Below the pieces are notes generated by a model. That model searched no databases and was not told where the DNA came from. It worked only from the letters and a program-made list of their open reading frames with translations. The position numbers and the translations under genes were made by a program. 64,000 nucleotides of DNA from Phycisphaerales bacterium (lineage in GTDB: Bacteria > Planctomycetota > Phycisphaerae > Phycisphaerales > UBA5793). Shown piece by piece: positions 47,551-57,321 of the stretch; the stretch's first letter is position 1; each line of letters opens with the position of its first letter. The stretch covers positions 13,458-77,457 of the forward strand of contig JBGASM010000007.1 in the NCBI GenBank assembly GCA_044229655.1. Reading direction: 5' to 3'.

Positions 47551-48984
47551 ATGGAGGTGCTGCCTATGTGTCCACAAGTTCACTCTGCGGCGTTTTCGTT
47601 CTGTTTCTTTTTTCTCTCCTGCCAGACTCCCTCTTTGCTTCTGGCCGACGTAGGCGATACTTATGAAGTAGTGCTTCTGGATGTGGACGAGCTGTACGTC
47701 ACCGGACAGGCCATTGACGACCGGGGTCGCATTGCAGCTCAAATCACCGACGAGGAAAACTACTGGTATTGGCGTTGGGGCGGCATGTGGGAAAACGCTG
47801 CAATCGTCGCCTCGCGCCGGAATTCTGAAGCCGAACTCGTTTTTACCGGCGTTTCTCCCTCTGGCGGCATCATGATCGGATACTCTGACTATGACTCCCG
47901 GTGTCATGACCCCTTCATCTGGCCGGAATGGGGAAACTTCTCGAATTTCAATATCTGTCATATATACGGCGATACTTACGCCCGCGCCATTAACAGCGAT
48001 TTCTGGGTCGTGGGCAACACCTACGACGGAACCCATGCCTTTCTGTGGAATAACGGTACGCTCCTGCCTCTTCGCGGAGAGCCTGCGTTTGCCTTCGATG
48101 TCAATCGCGACCGCGTAGTCGTTGGCAGCGCGCGTCTCGAGGGCTCTGGCGATCCTGTTCCAGTCGTGTGGCCGTCGCCCGATTCGCCGTACATGGTCGG
48201 CGATGGAGTTCCCGGGTCACTCGTCGGGATCAACGACCGCATGGATCTGGTTGGAACGCGGAACACCTTGTCTCCACTTCCCTTTGCCGTAATCCAGGGT
48301 CGAATCGTCGACCTTCCTATGCTCTCGTCCCGTTTTGAGTATGCCACTCCGCACGATATCAGCGAAGATCGCATCGTCATTGGCGAGCAGTGGTACTGGA
48401 ACACCTGTTGCTGGGCGGATTGTGATGGCGAGTGTTGGGCTCCATACCCGGTCATTTGGGAGCCGTTGCCGGGCGAACCTTACCAGTATGCTGCCATAGA
48501 CATCAACACGCGCGTGCGCGGCATGCCCCAGGGGCGTCGACTCGACTTTCTCTCAGATGTGAATACGGCTGGCCAGATGGGCGCCAGTGACATCAACATC
48601 GAATTCGGAAATGTCGTCGGTTCCTATCTCCTGAATCCATTCCAGTTTTCCCTCACAGCGCCCGACCCGGGCCTCGCGGGTCAGGTTAATCATGTAACCG
48701 TCACTGGTCTCGAACCCGGTGAGCGCGTGGTGCTCGTCATTGGGTCGGTCGGCGACGTCGGTCTTGGCGCGGGTGCGCAGCCGACTCGACCCGATTGCCC
48801 CGGCGCCACGTTGCTTCTCCGAGAGGTGCGTTATGTGTCCCCCGGCGTGCGCGCGGATGCCGCTGGTGTGGCGGTTGTCTCCGCCATGATTCCCTCATGG
48901 GCGGCAGGCCTTCAGTATCGCATGCAGGCCGTTTCATCGGATTCATGCAATGTGAGTCATACTGTGAACTTTGCACTCGAATGA
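47551..48984 (+). CDS. secreted HAF-family extracellular-repeat protein with shared C-terminal two-Cys module
   Basis: Signal-like N-terminus ([27 protein letters not shown]). Repeats of the I/VN(D/S)(R/D)G..VG type include the diagnostic [15 protein letters not shown]. The C-terminal module is at 48646-48981. Confidence 0.6.
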   Translation: MEVLPMCPQVHSAAFSFCFFFLSCQTPSLLLADVGDTYEVVLLDVDELYVTGQAIDDRGRIAAQITDEENYWYWRWGGMWENAAIVASRRNSEAELVFTGVSPSGGIMIGYSDYDSRCHDPFIWPEWGNFSNFNICHIYGDTYARAINSDFWVVGNTYDGTHAFLWNNGTLLPLRGEPAFAFDVNRDRVVVGSARLEGSGDPVPVVWPSPDSPYMVGDGVPGSLVGINDRMDLVGTRNTLSPLPFAVIQGRIVDLPMLSSRFEYATPHDISEDRIVIGEQWYWNTCCWADCDGECWAPYPVIWEPLPGEPYQYAAIDINTRVRGMPQGRRLDFLSDVNTAGQMGASDINIEFGNVVGSYLLNPFQFSLTAPDPGLAGQVNHVTVTGLEPGERVVLVIGSVGDVGLGAGAQPTRPDCPGATLLLREVRYVSPGVRADAAGVAVVSAMIPSWAAGLQYRMQAVSSDSCNVSHTVNFALE

Positions 48985-49109
48985 TGGTTCGCGCGCCTTC
49001 TGGTGCACCACTCCAAGCCGCGTGTCGGACTTCTGAGGTTGGCCCGCCTCGTTCCGCCCGTTATCATCCGCTTTGGCACACCGCCCCATTTCAACCTGAG
49101 GCCCGTCCC

Positions 49110-50765
49110 ATGCCCTCTGCCGCCGCCCCGCACCACAGCGAGTCGAAGATGCAACCGTTAACCAACTCGGCCGCGCCCCCGCTTTCCTCCCCCGCCGCCG
49201 CCGAGGAAACCATCGCCATCCTCGACTTCGGCTCCCAGTTTGCCCAGCTCATCGCGCGCCGCGTGCGCGAGGCCGGCGTCTTCTCTCGACTCGTCGCGCC
49301 CACCATCACCCCCGCCGAACTCAAGGCCCTTCCCCTCAAGGGAATCATCCTCTCCGGCGGGCCCATGAGCGTCTACGAAAAGGGCGCGCCCCATTGCGAT
49401 CCTGCCATCTTTGACCTCGGCGTCCCGGTCCTCGGCATCTGCTACGGCCTGCAACTCGCCGCCCACTTCCTCGGCGGCAAGGTCATTCCGGGCGCGAAAC
49501 GCGAGTTTGGTCGCGCCCATCTCAATGTCTCTGGCGCATCCGTCGCTCCTGCCGGCGCGCTGCTCCTCAAGAATCTCCCCGCCGCCACCGCTGTCTGGAT
49601 GAGCCATGGCGACCAGATCACCGACCCCGGCAGTGTCTTCGAAATCCTCGCCTCCACTGAAACCTGCCCTGTCGCGGCGGTTCGTCATAAGTCGCGCAAC
49701 TTCTTCGGCGTGCAGTTCCACCCCGAAGTCACCCACACGCCGCACGGCATCGACATCCTCCGCAATTTCCTCTATGACATCTGCAGGTGCTCCGGCACGT
49801 GGCGCATGGCCGATTTCCTCCAGGCCGAGTGCAATACGATTCGCGCCCGTGTCGGCTCGGAGCGCGTCCTCTGCGGTCTCTCGGGCGGGGTCGATTCCTC
49901 CGTGCTCGCGGCCATGCTCCACAAAGCCGTGGGCGATCAACTCACCTGCGTCTTCGTCGACAACGGCCTGCTCCGCAAGGCCGAACGCGAAATGGTTGAA
50001 TCGACCTTTCGCGATCACTTCGCTATCGACCTCCGCGTCGTCGATGCCTCCGAACAGTTCCTTGGAGACCTCGCCGGCATTACAGACCCCCAGGAAAAAC
50101 GCCGCCGCATAGGTCGCCGCTTCATCTCCGTATTCCGCGATTCCGCCCGCTCCATTACCCCTGCACCACGCTTCCTGGCTCAGGGAACCCTCTACCCCGA
50201 TGTCATCGAGTCCGGCCACGGGCACTCCGGCGCCGCCGCCAATATCAAGCTCCACCACAACGTGGGAGGTCTCCCCCCGGCCCACGAACTCGGATTCGAA
50301 CTCATCGAACCCCTTCGCGATCTCTTCAAGGACGAAGTACGCAAACTCGGCACCGTCCTCGGGCTGCCCGAGCAGATCGTCTGGCGTCACCCCTTCCCCG
50401 GCCCCGGGCTCTCTGTCCGAGTCTTGGGCGAAGTCACTCGGCCGCGCCTCGATCTGCTCCGCGATTGCGATGAAATCCTCCTCGAGGAGATTGTCGCCGC
50501 AAACCTCTATCGCTCCACCAGCCAGGTCTTCGCCGTGCTTCTCCCCATTCAGTCCGTCGGCGTCATGGGCGATGGCCGGACCTACGAATCCGTCGTCGCC
50601 ATCCGCGCTGTCGAGACGCAGGACTTCATGACCGCGGATTGGGCGCGCATCCCCTTTGAAGTCCTCGCCACGATCTCCAGCCGCATCATCAACGAAGTCC
50701 GCGGCGTCAACCGTGTCGTCTACGACATCTCCAGCAAGCCCCCCGCCACCATCGAGTGGGAATAA
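49110..50765 (+). CDS. guaA: GMP synthase (glutamine-hydrolysing)
   Basis: GATase block [20 protein letters not shown]...GICYGLQ...HPEV. ATP-PPase P-loop [10 protein letters not shown]. The C-terminal dimerisation domain ends ...PPATIEWE. The track ORF begins at 48795 inside the previous gene. The ATG at 49110 is the first that avoids the overlap. Confidence 0.95.
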   Translation: MPSAAAPHHSESKMQPLTNSAAPPLSSPAAAEETIAILDFGSQFAQLIARRVREAGVFSRLVAPTITPAELKALPLKGIILSGGPMSVYEKGAPHCDPAIFDLGVPVLGICYGLQLAAHFLGGKVIPGAKREFGRAHLNVSGASVAPAGALLLKNLPAATAVWMSHGDQITDPGSVFEILASTETCPVAAVRHKSRNFFGVQFHPEVTHTPHGIDILRNFLYDICRCSGTWRMADFLQAECNTIRARVGSERVLCGLSGGVDSSVLAAMLHKAVGDQLTCVFVDNGLLRKAEREMVESTFRDHFAIDLRVVDASEQFLGDLAGITDPQEKRRRIGRRFISVFRDSARSITPAPRFLAQGTLYPDVIESGHGHSGAAANIKLHHNVGGLPPAHELGFELIEPLRDLFKDEVRKLGTVLGLPEQIVWRHPFPGPGLSVRVLGEVTRPRLDLLRDCDEILLEEIVAANLYRSTSQVFAVLLPIQSVGVMGDGRTYESVVAIRAVETQDFMTADWARIPFEVLATISSRIINEVRGVNRVVYDISSKPPATIEWE

Positions 50766-51109
50766 CCCTTCCCCCTTCCCCGCGCCCCACGACTCTTCTG
50801 TGCGCACGGGAGTGTCACGCAAAACACTGGTCTCGACTTTGTCAAGTCCTCCTCCGTGCGCACAATGTCCGATTGTCCGATGTGCCGGCGCGCGCACGGG
50901 CGCGCTCGGTGTTCCACGTGGAACATTGTGCCGCCGAACTCCCGCAGCGCCAAAACGCGCGAAAACTCGGAAAAACTCCGATTCTCTCGGAGTCCATTTC
51001 GGCCACATCTGGCCGCACTCCGCCTTCATCGCACGATTCTGGGTGTTACTTTATAATCTCTTGGTATTCATTGTCGAACTTTTCTGCGTTCCCACATCGC
51101 CGCCCACAT

Positions 51110-52006
51110 CTACCACATGGTTCCCGGCACGCGCTCCAGCCCCTCCTCCTGGCTGTCCTCCAGCTGCGGCAGAAAATCCAGCCCTGTCTGGAACTCGATC
51201 CAGTCGATGGGCTTTACGAATTGGGCCAGGTCTTCCCCGCGCGGGTGCTTGCGGTTTTCCAGCACAAAAGCCGTCGCCCGCAGCGTTCCTCCCGTTTTTC
51301 CCACGACAATCTTGTAAAAATGCGTCGGAACCGCGACTTCATTGGCGCCGATCACATCGTATTCGATGAGTCCATCCGCCGTGGCCGGATCCTCTTCCTT
51401 CGGGTCATAGAAGACCGGGCCGGTGATGATCCAGATTTCCCCGTTGTCGGCCGCGTTCTGGGTCCACTGCCGGGTTTTTTCCTCCAGATCGCTCCAAATC
51501 GCGCGATTGAAGCCGATTCCGATCTGCGGACACATGTTGGAGAGGAAAAACGTCTCCTCCTTGAGCCGGACATCGCTGTTCTGGTTCCCAGCCGGCGCCA
51601 TGTGGCCCCTGTCGTAACCCGAGTTCCTGTAGTCGCTTAGTTCCGACCGGGCGATCTGCGGCAACAGCGGGTCGGCCGCGAAGGGCTCGCGGTCGCGCCG
51701 CACATCGCCTCCGACTTCCGCGCTTGTCACATGCTCGCTGACCCACAGCGGAATGCGGTCAACATCATGGTGTTCAAGGACATAGCCATCGCGGCAGACC
51801 AGATGCGTGGTGGCGGTGGCCACCAGTTCACCCTTCCTGATGGGCATCCCGAACGGGCAGTTGTCCGCGAGGCGCGCCTGGTCGACGGCGCTGAGGACAA
51901 CCGGCTGCGTGCCCATGCAAATTGCTGCAGCGTAGGGAGTTGCGTTGACGATGAAGAGGAAGGAAAAGGCCCCGGCCAGTGTCGCGGCGATTGATCTGGG
52001 AATCAT
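51110..52006 (-). CDS. DNA/RNA non-specific endonuclease (NucA/EndoG beta-beta-alpha-Me family), secreted
   Basis: Signal MIPRSIAATLAGAFSFLFIVNATPYAAA. Catalytic motif SGYDRGHMAPAGN. The downstream N of the metal site is in FLSNMCPQ. Confidence 0.85.
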   Translation of the reverse strand: MIPRSIAATLAGAFSFLFIVNATPYAAAICMGTQPVVLSAVDQARLADNCPFGMPIRKGELVATATTHLVCRDGYVLEHHDVDRIPLWVSEHVTSAEVGGDVRRDREPFAADPLLPQIARSELSDYRNSGYDRGHMAPAGNQNSDVRLKEETFFLSNMCPQIGIGFNRAIWSDLEEKTRQWTQNAADNGEIWIITGPVFYDPKEEDPATADGLIEYDVIGANEVAVPTHFYKIVVGKTGGTLRATAFVLENRKHPRGEDLAQFVKPIDWIEFQTGLDFLPQLEDSQEEGLERVPGTMW

Positions 52007-52142
52007 GAGGGACTCTACGCCACACCGTGGGGTGGGAATCAAGTGCGGCCCGGCTAGCCTTTGGGCCATTTCGGGAACCAGTGGGGCGGGCCGGGACGAG
52101 CGCGGGCGGCAATGTTAAGTTATATTCGAGCACTACGGGTGA

Positions 52143-53861
52143 ATGAGAGAAGCGATGGCCAAGAACGCGAAGAGTGTTAAGAAGAAGGCGACGGCAACGC
52201 GAACGCGCGCTGATGTTCAGACGCGGGCGAGCACCGCACGGAGGGGAAGTGCGCGGCAGGGGAAGGGCGCGGCGGCGGCGGCGTGGAAGTCGCCGGACCT
52301 GACGATGGAGACGCCGGCGGGGCGCATCGCCGACCCCGCGCCGGGCACGCGGGTGCTGGGGGAGTCGCGCGGGACGGTGGCGACGACGGGAGAACTCCTC
52401 GGGCGCGAGTTGCCGACGAGGACCCGGGTGGCGGTGCTGGGGGCGGGGATCGCGGGGATGTCGGCCGCGCTGCACATCAAGGAGGATTACCAGATCTTCG
52501 AGCAGGCGGAGCGCATCGGCGGGCTGTGCTGCACGGAGAACTTCGGCGGGTTCCTGTTCGACCGCTCGATCCACATCCTGTACACCGCGCAGCCGTATGC
52601 CAAGAAGTTCATCACGGGCATCCTGGGGAAGAATTTCGACCTGCGGCCGAAGTACTCCTACATCTACTCACACAAGACCTACACCGCCTATCCGTATCAG
52701 TCGAACACTTTCGGACTGCCGCCGGAGGTGGTGGTGCGGAACCTGATGGGGCTGATCGAAGCGACGTACAAGAAGCCTGAGAGGGAGCCGGCGAACTTCA
52801 AAGAGTGGGCGTACGCGACGTTCGGCGCGGGGATCACTGAGGAGTTTTTCCTGCCTTTCAACTGGAAGGTGTGGGCGATTCCGCAGGACCAGATGAGTTA
52901 CGACTGGATCGCCAACCGCGTGCTCACGCCGCCGATACAGACGGCCATTGAGGGCGCGATCCAGCCGAGCAAAGGGGAGTTCGGCCCCAACGCGAGGTTC
53001 TGGTATCCCAAGACGGGAGGGATGGAGACGCTGCCCAAGTCGATGGGGGCGCAGCTCAACAAGGGGTCGGTGCACACGCACACGAAGATCAGGAAGATTC
53101 ACGTCAAGGCACACGAGGTGGAGTTCGCGGATGGAAGGCGTTGCGGGTACGAGCACCTGGTTTCCACTGCGCCCATCAGCAAACTGGCGTACCTGTGTGA
53201 TGAAATTCCGGCGGAGGTGCGCGCGGCGGTGGGGAAACTCAAGTGGAACACGGTGTACACGGTGAACATCGGGCTGGAGATTCCGAATCTCACGCCGATG
53301 CACTGGGCGTATTACCCGGACCCCAGCCTGATTTTCCATCGGCTGAGTTGGCCCAAGAACTTCGCGGCGAGCATGGCTCCTCCCGGCTGTTCATCGGTGG
53401 CGGCGGAGATATCGGTGAGCCAGTGGAAGGATGTGGGGCCGACGGATGCGGAGACGCTGCTCAGGAAGACAATTGAGGGGTTGATCCGCATCGGGCTGAT
53501 TACGAAGAAGCAGGCGGGCAAGATCAAGCGCGAGCATTGCGGGGTGGTGCGCCTGGAGCCCGCGTATGTGCTGTACACGTGGGATCACAAGCCGGCAACG
53601 AAGGTGATCCACGAGTGGATGGAGAGCCAGGACATTTACGCGTGCGGGCGCTTCGGCGATTTCGAGTACCTGAACATGGATCACTCGATCTTGTCGGGCA
53701 AGCGGGCGGCGGAGAAGATGATGAAGAAGGAGCTGACGGCGTTTCCGCTCAAGGGGGTGGATGAGAAGGCGCTGGAGCGGTGGATTGCGGCGGACTTCGA
53801 AGTGGGGACGGCGCACTCGGATAAGAAGATCGAGGAGAAGTTGAAGGCGCAGGGGGCGTGA
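52143..53861 (+). CDS. FAD-dependent oxidoreductase (amine oxidase / protoporphyrinogen-oxidase-like fold)
   Basis: Dinucleotide-binding motif RVAVLGAGIAGMSAALHI...IFEQAERIGG. The C-terminal motif GRFGDFEYLNMDHSI is typical of this family. About 90 aa of Lys/Arg-rich N-terminal extension may not be translated; there is an alternative ATG at 52305. Confidence 0.7.
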   Translation: MREAMAKNAKSVKKKATATRTRADVQTRASTARRGSARQGKGAAAAAWKSPDLTMETPAGRIADPAPGTRVLGESRGTVATTGELLGRELPTRTRVAVLGAGIAGMSAALHIKEDYQIFEQAERIGGLCCTENFGGFLFDRSIHILYTAQPYAKKFITGILGKNFDLRPKYSYIYSHKTYTAYPYQSNTFGLPPEVVVRNLMGLIEATYKKPEREPANFKEWAYATFGAGITEEFFLPFNWKVWAIPQDQMSYDWIANRVLTPPIQTAIEGAIQPSKGEFGPNARFWYPKTGGMETLPKSMGAQLNKGSVHTHTKIRKIHVKAHEVEFADGRRCGYEHLVSTAPISKLAYLCDEIPAEVRAAVGKLKWNTVYTVNIGLEIPNLTPMHWAYYPDPSLIFHRLSWPKNFAASMAPPGCSSVAAEISVSQWKDVGPTDAETLLRKTIEGLIRIGLITKKQAGKIKREHCGVVRLEPAYVLYTWDHKPATKVIHEWMESQDIYACGRFGDFEYLNMDHSILSGKRAAEKMMKKELTAFPLKGVDEKALERWIAADFEVGTAHSDKKIEEKLKAQGA

Positions 53862-54215
53862 GAGGATTCGCCGCGAAAGCGCGTCGAAGGGGGAAGAGGA
53901 AGAGTCGGGCGCAGGGACAAATCACGTTGCGTGTGAGCGTTTGTCTGCTCAGAGGGCGCTTCCTCCGCCCCTACCGGGGCGGGACGGGGCTGGGACATTG
54001 CTCCACGGGTTGCGTGGGCTCGAAGACTCGCCCGCTCCACCCGTGGCTACATTCCTGCGCCCCCGTTGGGGGCGCGAGGGAGTGAGGTGCGGGGGAGGTC
54101 GGATGGCCGAAAGTTGTGGAAGGAGATGCTCGCAAGTCGGATGTGCATAGCCCTCGGTGACTCGCCGGGGACTGAGGGCGAAACTCAAGAGGCGATGGAC
54201 GCACACGCACGCGGA

Positions 54216-54504
54216 AACTAGAGTCCGGGGGAGTCTGAGAGGAGCGTACATGAACGGGACTCGTTTCATCGTGATCTCAGCGGGACTGGGGATGTGCGGC
54301 ATAGCGAGCCTTGCAGGTGCGGAGGGACCGCCGGAAGGGGCGGCGCACCTGCAACTGGCGGCGCGGCCGACGCGGCTCGTTCCCAAGCGGATCGCGGGGA
54401 TCGGCCCGGACATGCAACTGACGACGCCCTGGTATGAGGTGAAGGATCAGGGAACGGCGGAGGTGCCAATCGGATTCACCGCGCAGTACGACTGCTTCGA
54501 TGCG
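54216..54504 (+). repeat. dispersed direct repeat, copy 1 (5' UTR plus first 85 codons of paralog A)
   Basis: Within the coding part (54250-54504 against 57067-57321) I count 6 substitutions in 255 nt and no indels. Beyond 54504 nucleotide identity drops sharply. Confidence 0.85.
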
Positions 54505-55452
54505 AACAGCACAGGGTTTCCGGAAGATGAGAGCGAGTGCGGATACGCCAGTTTGAGGTGGTATTTCGGCAGCACGTATGTCAATCCGTTTGTCACGAAC
54601 GACATGACGCTCAACCTGGGTGCGGGTGCGCAAAACAATGCCACTCAACAGAGTTGGTGGTGGGGAGGCGGGAACTGCGACGTCGTGGTGTTCCATGCAG
54701 AGGACTTCGACGACACATGTGCCGGGCCGGCGTCGAGCGGAACGTTCAACGGCGTGATCTACAGTTTCGGCAGTGTCGGAGCCGGCATGTATTACTATGA
54801 CCCGGTCGACCTCACGCCGTACGGCCTGAACATCGACAATCCGACGGATGGCGTGGGAGCGAACATTCATGCCCTGGGTGAGTACCTCGATGACACGTTT
54901 TATCTCGGCTCGGGGCAGATGATGTTGTGGGGGAACAACATCGGCGATGAACTCTCGGGGTCGCAGGGGACGATCCAGTGGGATGACGACAATCCGATCG
55001 ACGGCGAGCATGTCGCGCCGGGCGAGTGCCATACCTACACGATGGGGGTATGTCCTGATCCACTGGGCGCGATGTACGCTTCCTACGGTGATGTGGAGCG
55101 ATACTGCTTTTTCATGACGTGCACGCCGGTGATTGCGGGAAACATCACGCAGTTTTTCGTCTCGAACGGACCGAACGGCAATCGGGACTACATCTGTGTG
55201 TTCTCGTTCCTGCCGGGCAACGACTCGTTCCGTAACGTGAATGGATACTGTGCTGACTTGAATCTTGACCTGATCGGGAATCCGAGAAACTACGTCGTAT
55301 GGCAGGTCAATGATGAGAACGGCACCTTTGCAACGTCTATCCGGGTGCCCACGTTTGCGCCGGTCGGGCAGACGGTGTACTTCCAGGTGGCGGCGCGAGG
55401 AACCTGCCCACAGTCCTGCACGTCGAATCCCGTCGAAAAGATCATCTACTGA
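54250..55452 (+). CDS. secreted hypothetical protein, paralog A (shared C-terminal two-Cys module)
   Basis: Signal MNGTRFIVISAGLGMCGIASLAGA. Colinear and roughly two-thirds identical (by eye) to the product of 57067-58281. The C-terminal module is at 55114-55449. I recognise no known family. Confidence 0.6.
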   Translation: MNGTRFIVISAGLGMCGIASLAGAEGPPEGAAHLQLAARPTRLVPKRIAGIGPDMQLTTPWYEVKDQGTAEVPIGFTAQYDCFDANSTGFPEDESECGYASLRWYFGSTYVNPFVTNDMTLNLGAGAQNNATQQSWWWGGGNCDVVVFHAEDFDDTCAGPASSGTFNGVIYSFGSVGAGMYYYDPVDLTPYGLNIDNPTDGVGANIHALGEYLDDTFYLGSGQMMLWGNNIGDELSGSQGTIQWDDDNPIDGEHVAPGECHTYTMGVCPDPLGAMYASYGDVERYCFFMTCTPVIAGNITQFFVSNGPNGNRDYICVFSFLPGNDSFRNVNGYCADLNLDLIGNPRNYVVWQVNDENGTFATSIRVPTFAPVGQTVYFQVAARGTCPQSCTSNPVEKIIY

Positions 55453-55599
55453 GAACTGGCGATCCGAGGTTTTCGGGGAGCGCGTTCGACGAGGTGATGA
55501 ACAGATGGAGGCGTCACGGTGATGAATCACCGGAGACGGAGTCCTGCTTGGCGCTGTTTGAAGAGGGGCGAGGGAGGGGCCTGCATGAAAGAGGGAGTC

Positions 55600-56553
55600 A
55601 TGAAGCGGCACGCGGCAAAGGGCGGTGTGAAATGGAAGAATGCGATGGCATGGAGTCTTGGGCTGGGGGTCGTGACGACTCATGCGGTGGCGTGGGGGAT
55701 TGTGCGGTGGGGAACGCCGAGCACTTTTCTGGGCTCATATTCAGCAAGCGTGCAGGTTGATCCGGGGAATGGTGAGCCGCTCTGGCTGAGCGCGACTTTT
55801 GATGATGCCGGCGCCTGGCGGGGAGGAGGATACGGGTTTTTTGTCGAGTCGTCCGGCGGTCAAGGGCAATCGATCAGCATGGATGAACTCACAGAGCAGA
55901 GTGCACAGTTTCCGCGGTGGTCGCACTGCGCTCGAATCGGCGATGAGATCATCTCATTGCTGGCCAATCAGGCGGCAGCGACGAACTCGACGACCGGGAA
56001 TCTCCCGCGCATCGTCAAGGTTCCGACCAGCGCGGGATATACATCGAGTCTTGTGCTCTCGGCAGCCCAAGGTGGCCCGGTGATCGCCCTGGAAGAAGAA
56101 GTCGTCGGCTGGCCCATCCCGTCGGTCTGGCGAGCATGCATGTGGACGTTGGGGAGCGGCCAGTCGTACAGATACATGGGATCGCCAGCGATGGTTCTCG
56201 GGGAGACACAGGCAGTGGATGAGCGAAGTGTGAAGGTGATGCCGCTGCAACCGGCGGGCATCGGGTTTCTCATCTGTGCGATGTTCTGGTCGGCAGTTTG
56301 GTTCGGGCCGGTGACTGCGATCGGGTGGGGAAGGAGGATCAGGCGGCGAGCGCGCGGGCAGTGCGAGCAGTGCGGGTATGACCTCCGAGGGAATGCAAGT
56401 GGGGTGTGTCCGGAGTGCGGGGAGTTGTTGGCCGGGAAGCGGGAAGGGCTGGGTGCGGAGACAAATCACGATTCGCGAGAGCGATTGTTGAACCAGACGT
56501 TGCCACACTCCGGACATTCAACGGAATCCTGCGCGAGACTGCGGCAGTCGTAG
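55600..56553 (+). CDS. membrane protein with C-terminal zinc ribbon (CxxCGYDLRG...CPECG)
   Basis: N-terminal helix (AMAWSLGLGVVTTHAVAWGIV). Extracytoplasmic region of about 220 aa. Second helix (GIGFLICAMFWSAVWFGPVTAIGW). RRIRRRARGQCEQCGYDLRGNASGVCPECG. The start is uncertain (ATG at 55519, 55585 or 55600). The last ~40 codons overlap the convergent gene and may be read-through. Confidence 0.5.
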   Translation: MKRHAAKGGVKWKNAMAWSLGLGVVTTHAVAWGIVRWGTPSTFLGSYSASVQVDPGNGEPLWLSATFDDAGAWRGGGYGFFVESSGGQGQSISMDELTEQSAQFPRWSHCARIGDEIISLLANQAAATNSTTGNLPRIVKVPTSAGYTSSLVLSAAQGGPVIALEEEVVGWPIPSVWRACMWTLGSGQSYRYMGSPAMVLGETQAVDERSVKVMPLQPAGIGFLICAMFWSAVWFGPVTAIGWGRRIRRRARGQCEQCGYDLRGNASGVCPECGELLAGKREGLGAETNHDSRERLLNQTLPHSGHSTESCARLRQS

Positions 56554-56948
56554 CCGCAGGTGGTGCAGATGTGGGTGTAGCCGAGTTCGTTGGCGGCGCG
56601 GAGGATGGTCTTGCGTTTGAAGCAGAGGGTGAGGCAAGTCCACAAGGCCATCAGAAGAAGGGGGCCAGCGATCATCACAAGGGCCAAGAGCGCGATATCG
56701 TTCCATGTCAGGATGTTGCGCAGGAACTCACCCTGGAAAATGAGGATCAGGTATGCAATCACGATTCCCGGCACCACTGCAACAAGGAACCAGACACTAG
56801 CCTTACCGATGCCGACTCTGTAGAAAGCGGATTCCGGAGCGCAGGCATGAAGCAGGATCGCGCGCCATTGTGCTGCAGTGAGATTTGGGCGGGAGGGACC
56901 GAGGATGTGGCCGTAGATGAAGTCGTAATAGCATGCGGGGAGGAGCAT
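56466..56948 (-). CDS. small membrane protein with C-terminal zinc ribbon (CxxCGYDCR...CPECG)
   Basis: 160 aa. Two TM helices (VWFLVAVVPGIVIAYLILIF and IALLALVMIAGPLLLMALWTCLTLCF), then HICTTCGYDCRSLAQDSVECPECG. Confidence 0.5.
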   Translation of the reverse strand: MLLPACYYDFIYGHILGPSRPNLTAAQWRAILLHACAPESAFYRVGIGKASVWFLVAVVPGIVIAYLILIFQGEFLRNILTWNDIALLALVMIAGPLLLMALWTCLTLCFKRKTILRAANELGYTHICTTCGYDCRSLAQDSVECPECGNVWFNNRSRES

Positions 56949-57032
56949 GGTTTGCCAGCACGAGAAGGTTAGGCGAGAGGACAGTGGGGCTCAGGGGATA
57001 CGGGAGACGCAATGGTCGCGATCGGGCTGGGC

Positions 57033-57321
57033 AACTAGAGTCCGGCATCACCCGAGAGGAGCGTCCATGAACGGGACTCGTTTCATCGTGATCTCAGCGG
57101 GACTGGGGATGTGCGGCATAGCGAGCCTTGCGGGTGCGGGGGGACCGCCGGAAGGGGCGGCGCACCTGCAACTGGCGGCGCGGCCGACGCGGCTCGTTCC
57201 CAAGCGGATCGCGGGGATCGGCCCGGACATGCAACTGACGACGCCTTGGTATGAGGTGAAGGATCAGGGAACGGCGGAGGTGCCAGATGGATTCACCGCG
57301 CAGTACGACTGCTTCGATGCG
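57033..57321 (+). repeat. dispersed direct repeat, copy 2 (5' UTR plus first 85 codons of paralog B)
   Basis: See copy 1. Both copies begin with AACTAGAGTCCGG upstream and share GAGAGGAGCGT just before the ATG. Confidence 0.85.

Noticed and set aside
48795-49109. 5' extension of the guaA ORF overlapping the 3' end of the HAF-repeat gene.
   Set aside because: The extension overlaps the conserved C-terminal module of the previous gene in another frame, and GuaA homology only begins after the ATG at 49110.
49158-51029. 623-aa minus-strand ORF opposite guaA.
   Set aside because: guaA on the plus strand is unambiguous (GATase, P-loop SGGVDSS, C-terminal ...IEWE). The antisense product has no motifs.
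51828-52574. 248-aa Arg/Pro-rich minus-strand ORF spanning the nuclease/FAD-oxidoreductase intergenic region.
   Set aside because: Its composition (poly R/P/H) and its overlap with two better-supported genes indicate a spurious ORF.
53915-54150. Possible decayed copy of the minus-strand zinc-ribbon gene upstream of paralog A. The segment GACAAATCACGTTGCGTGTGAGCGTTTGT resembles GACAAATCACGATTCGCGAGAGCGATTGT at 56461-56493, which is the 3' end of gene 56466-56948.
   Set aside because: The similarity is short (about 30 nt plus patchy matches). The region is less than half the length of the intact gene, and no frame preserves the TM helices or the CxxC...CPECG ribbon. It is suggestive of a duplication scar but cannot be called as a pseudogene by eye.
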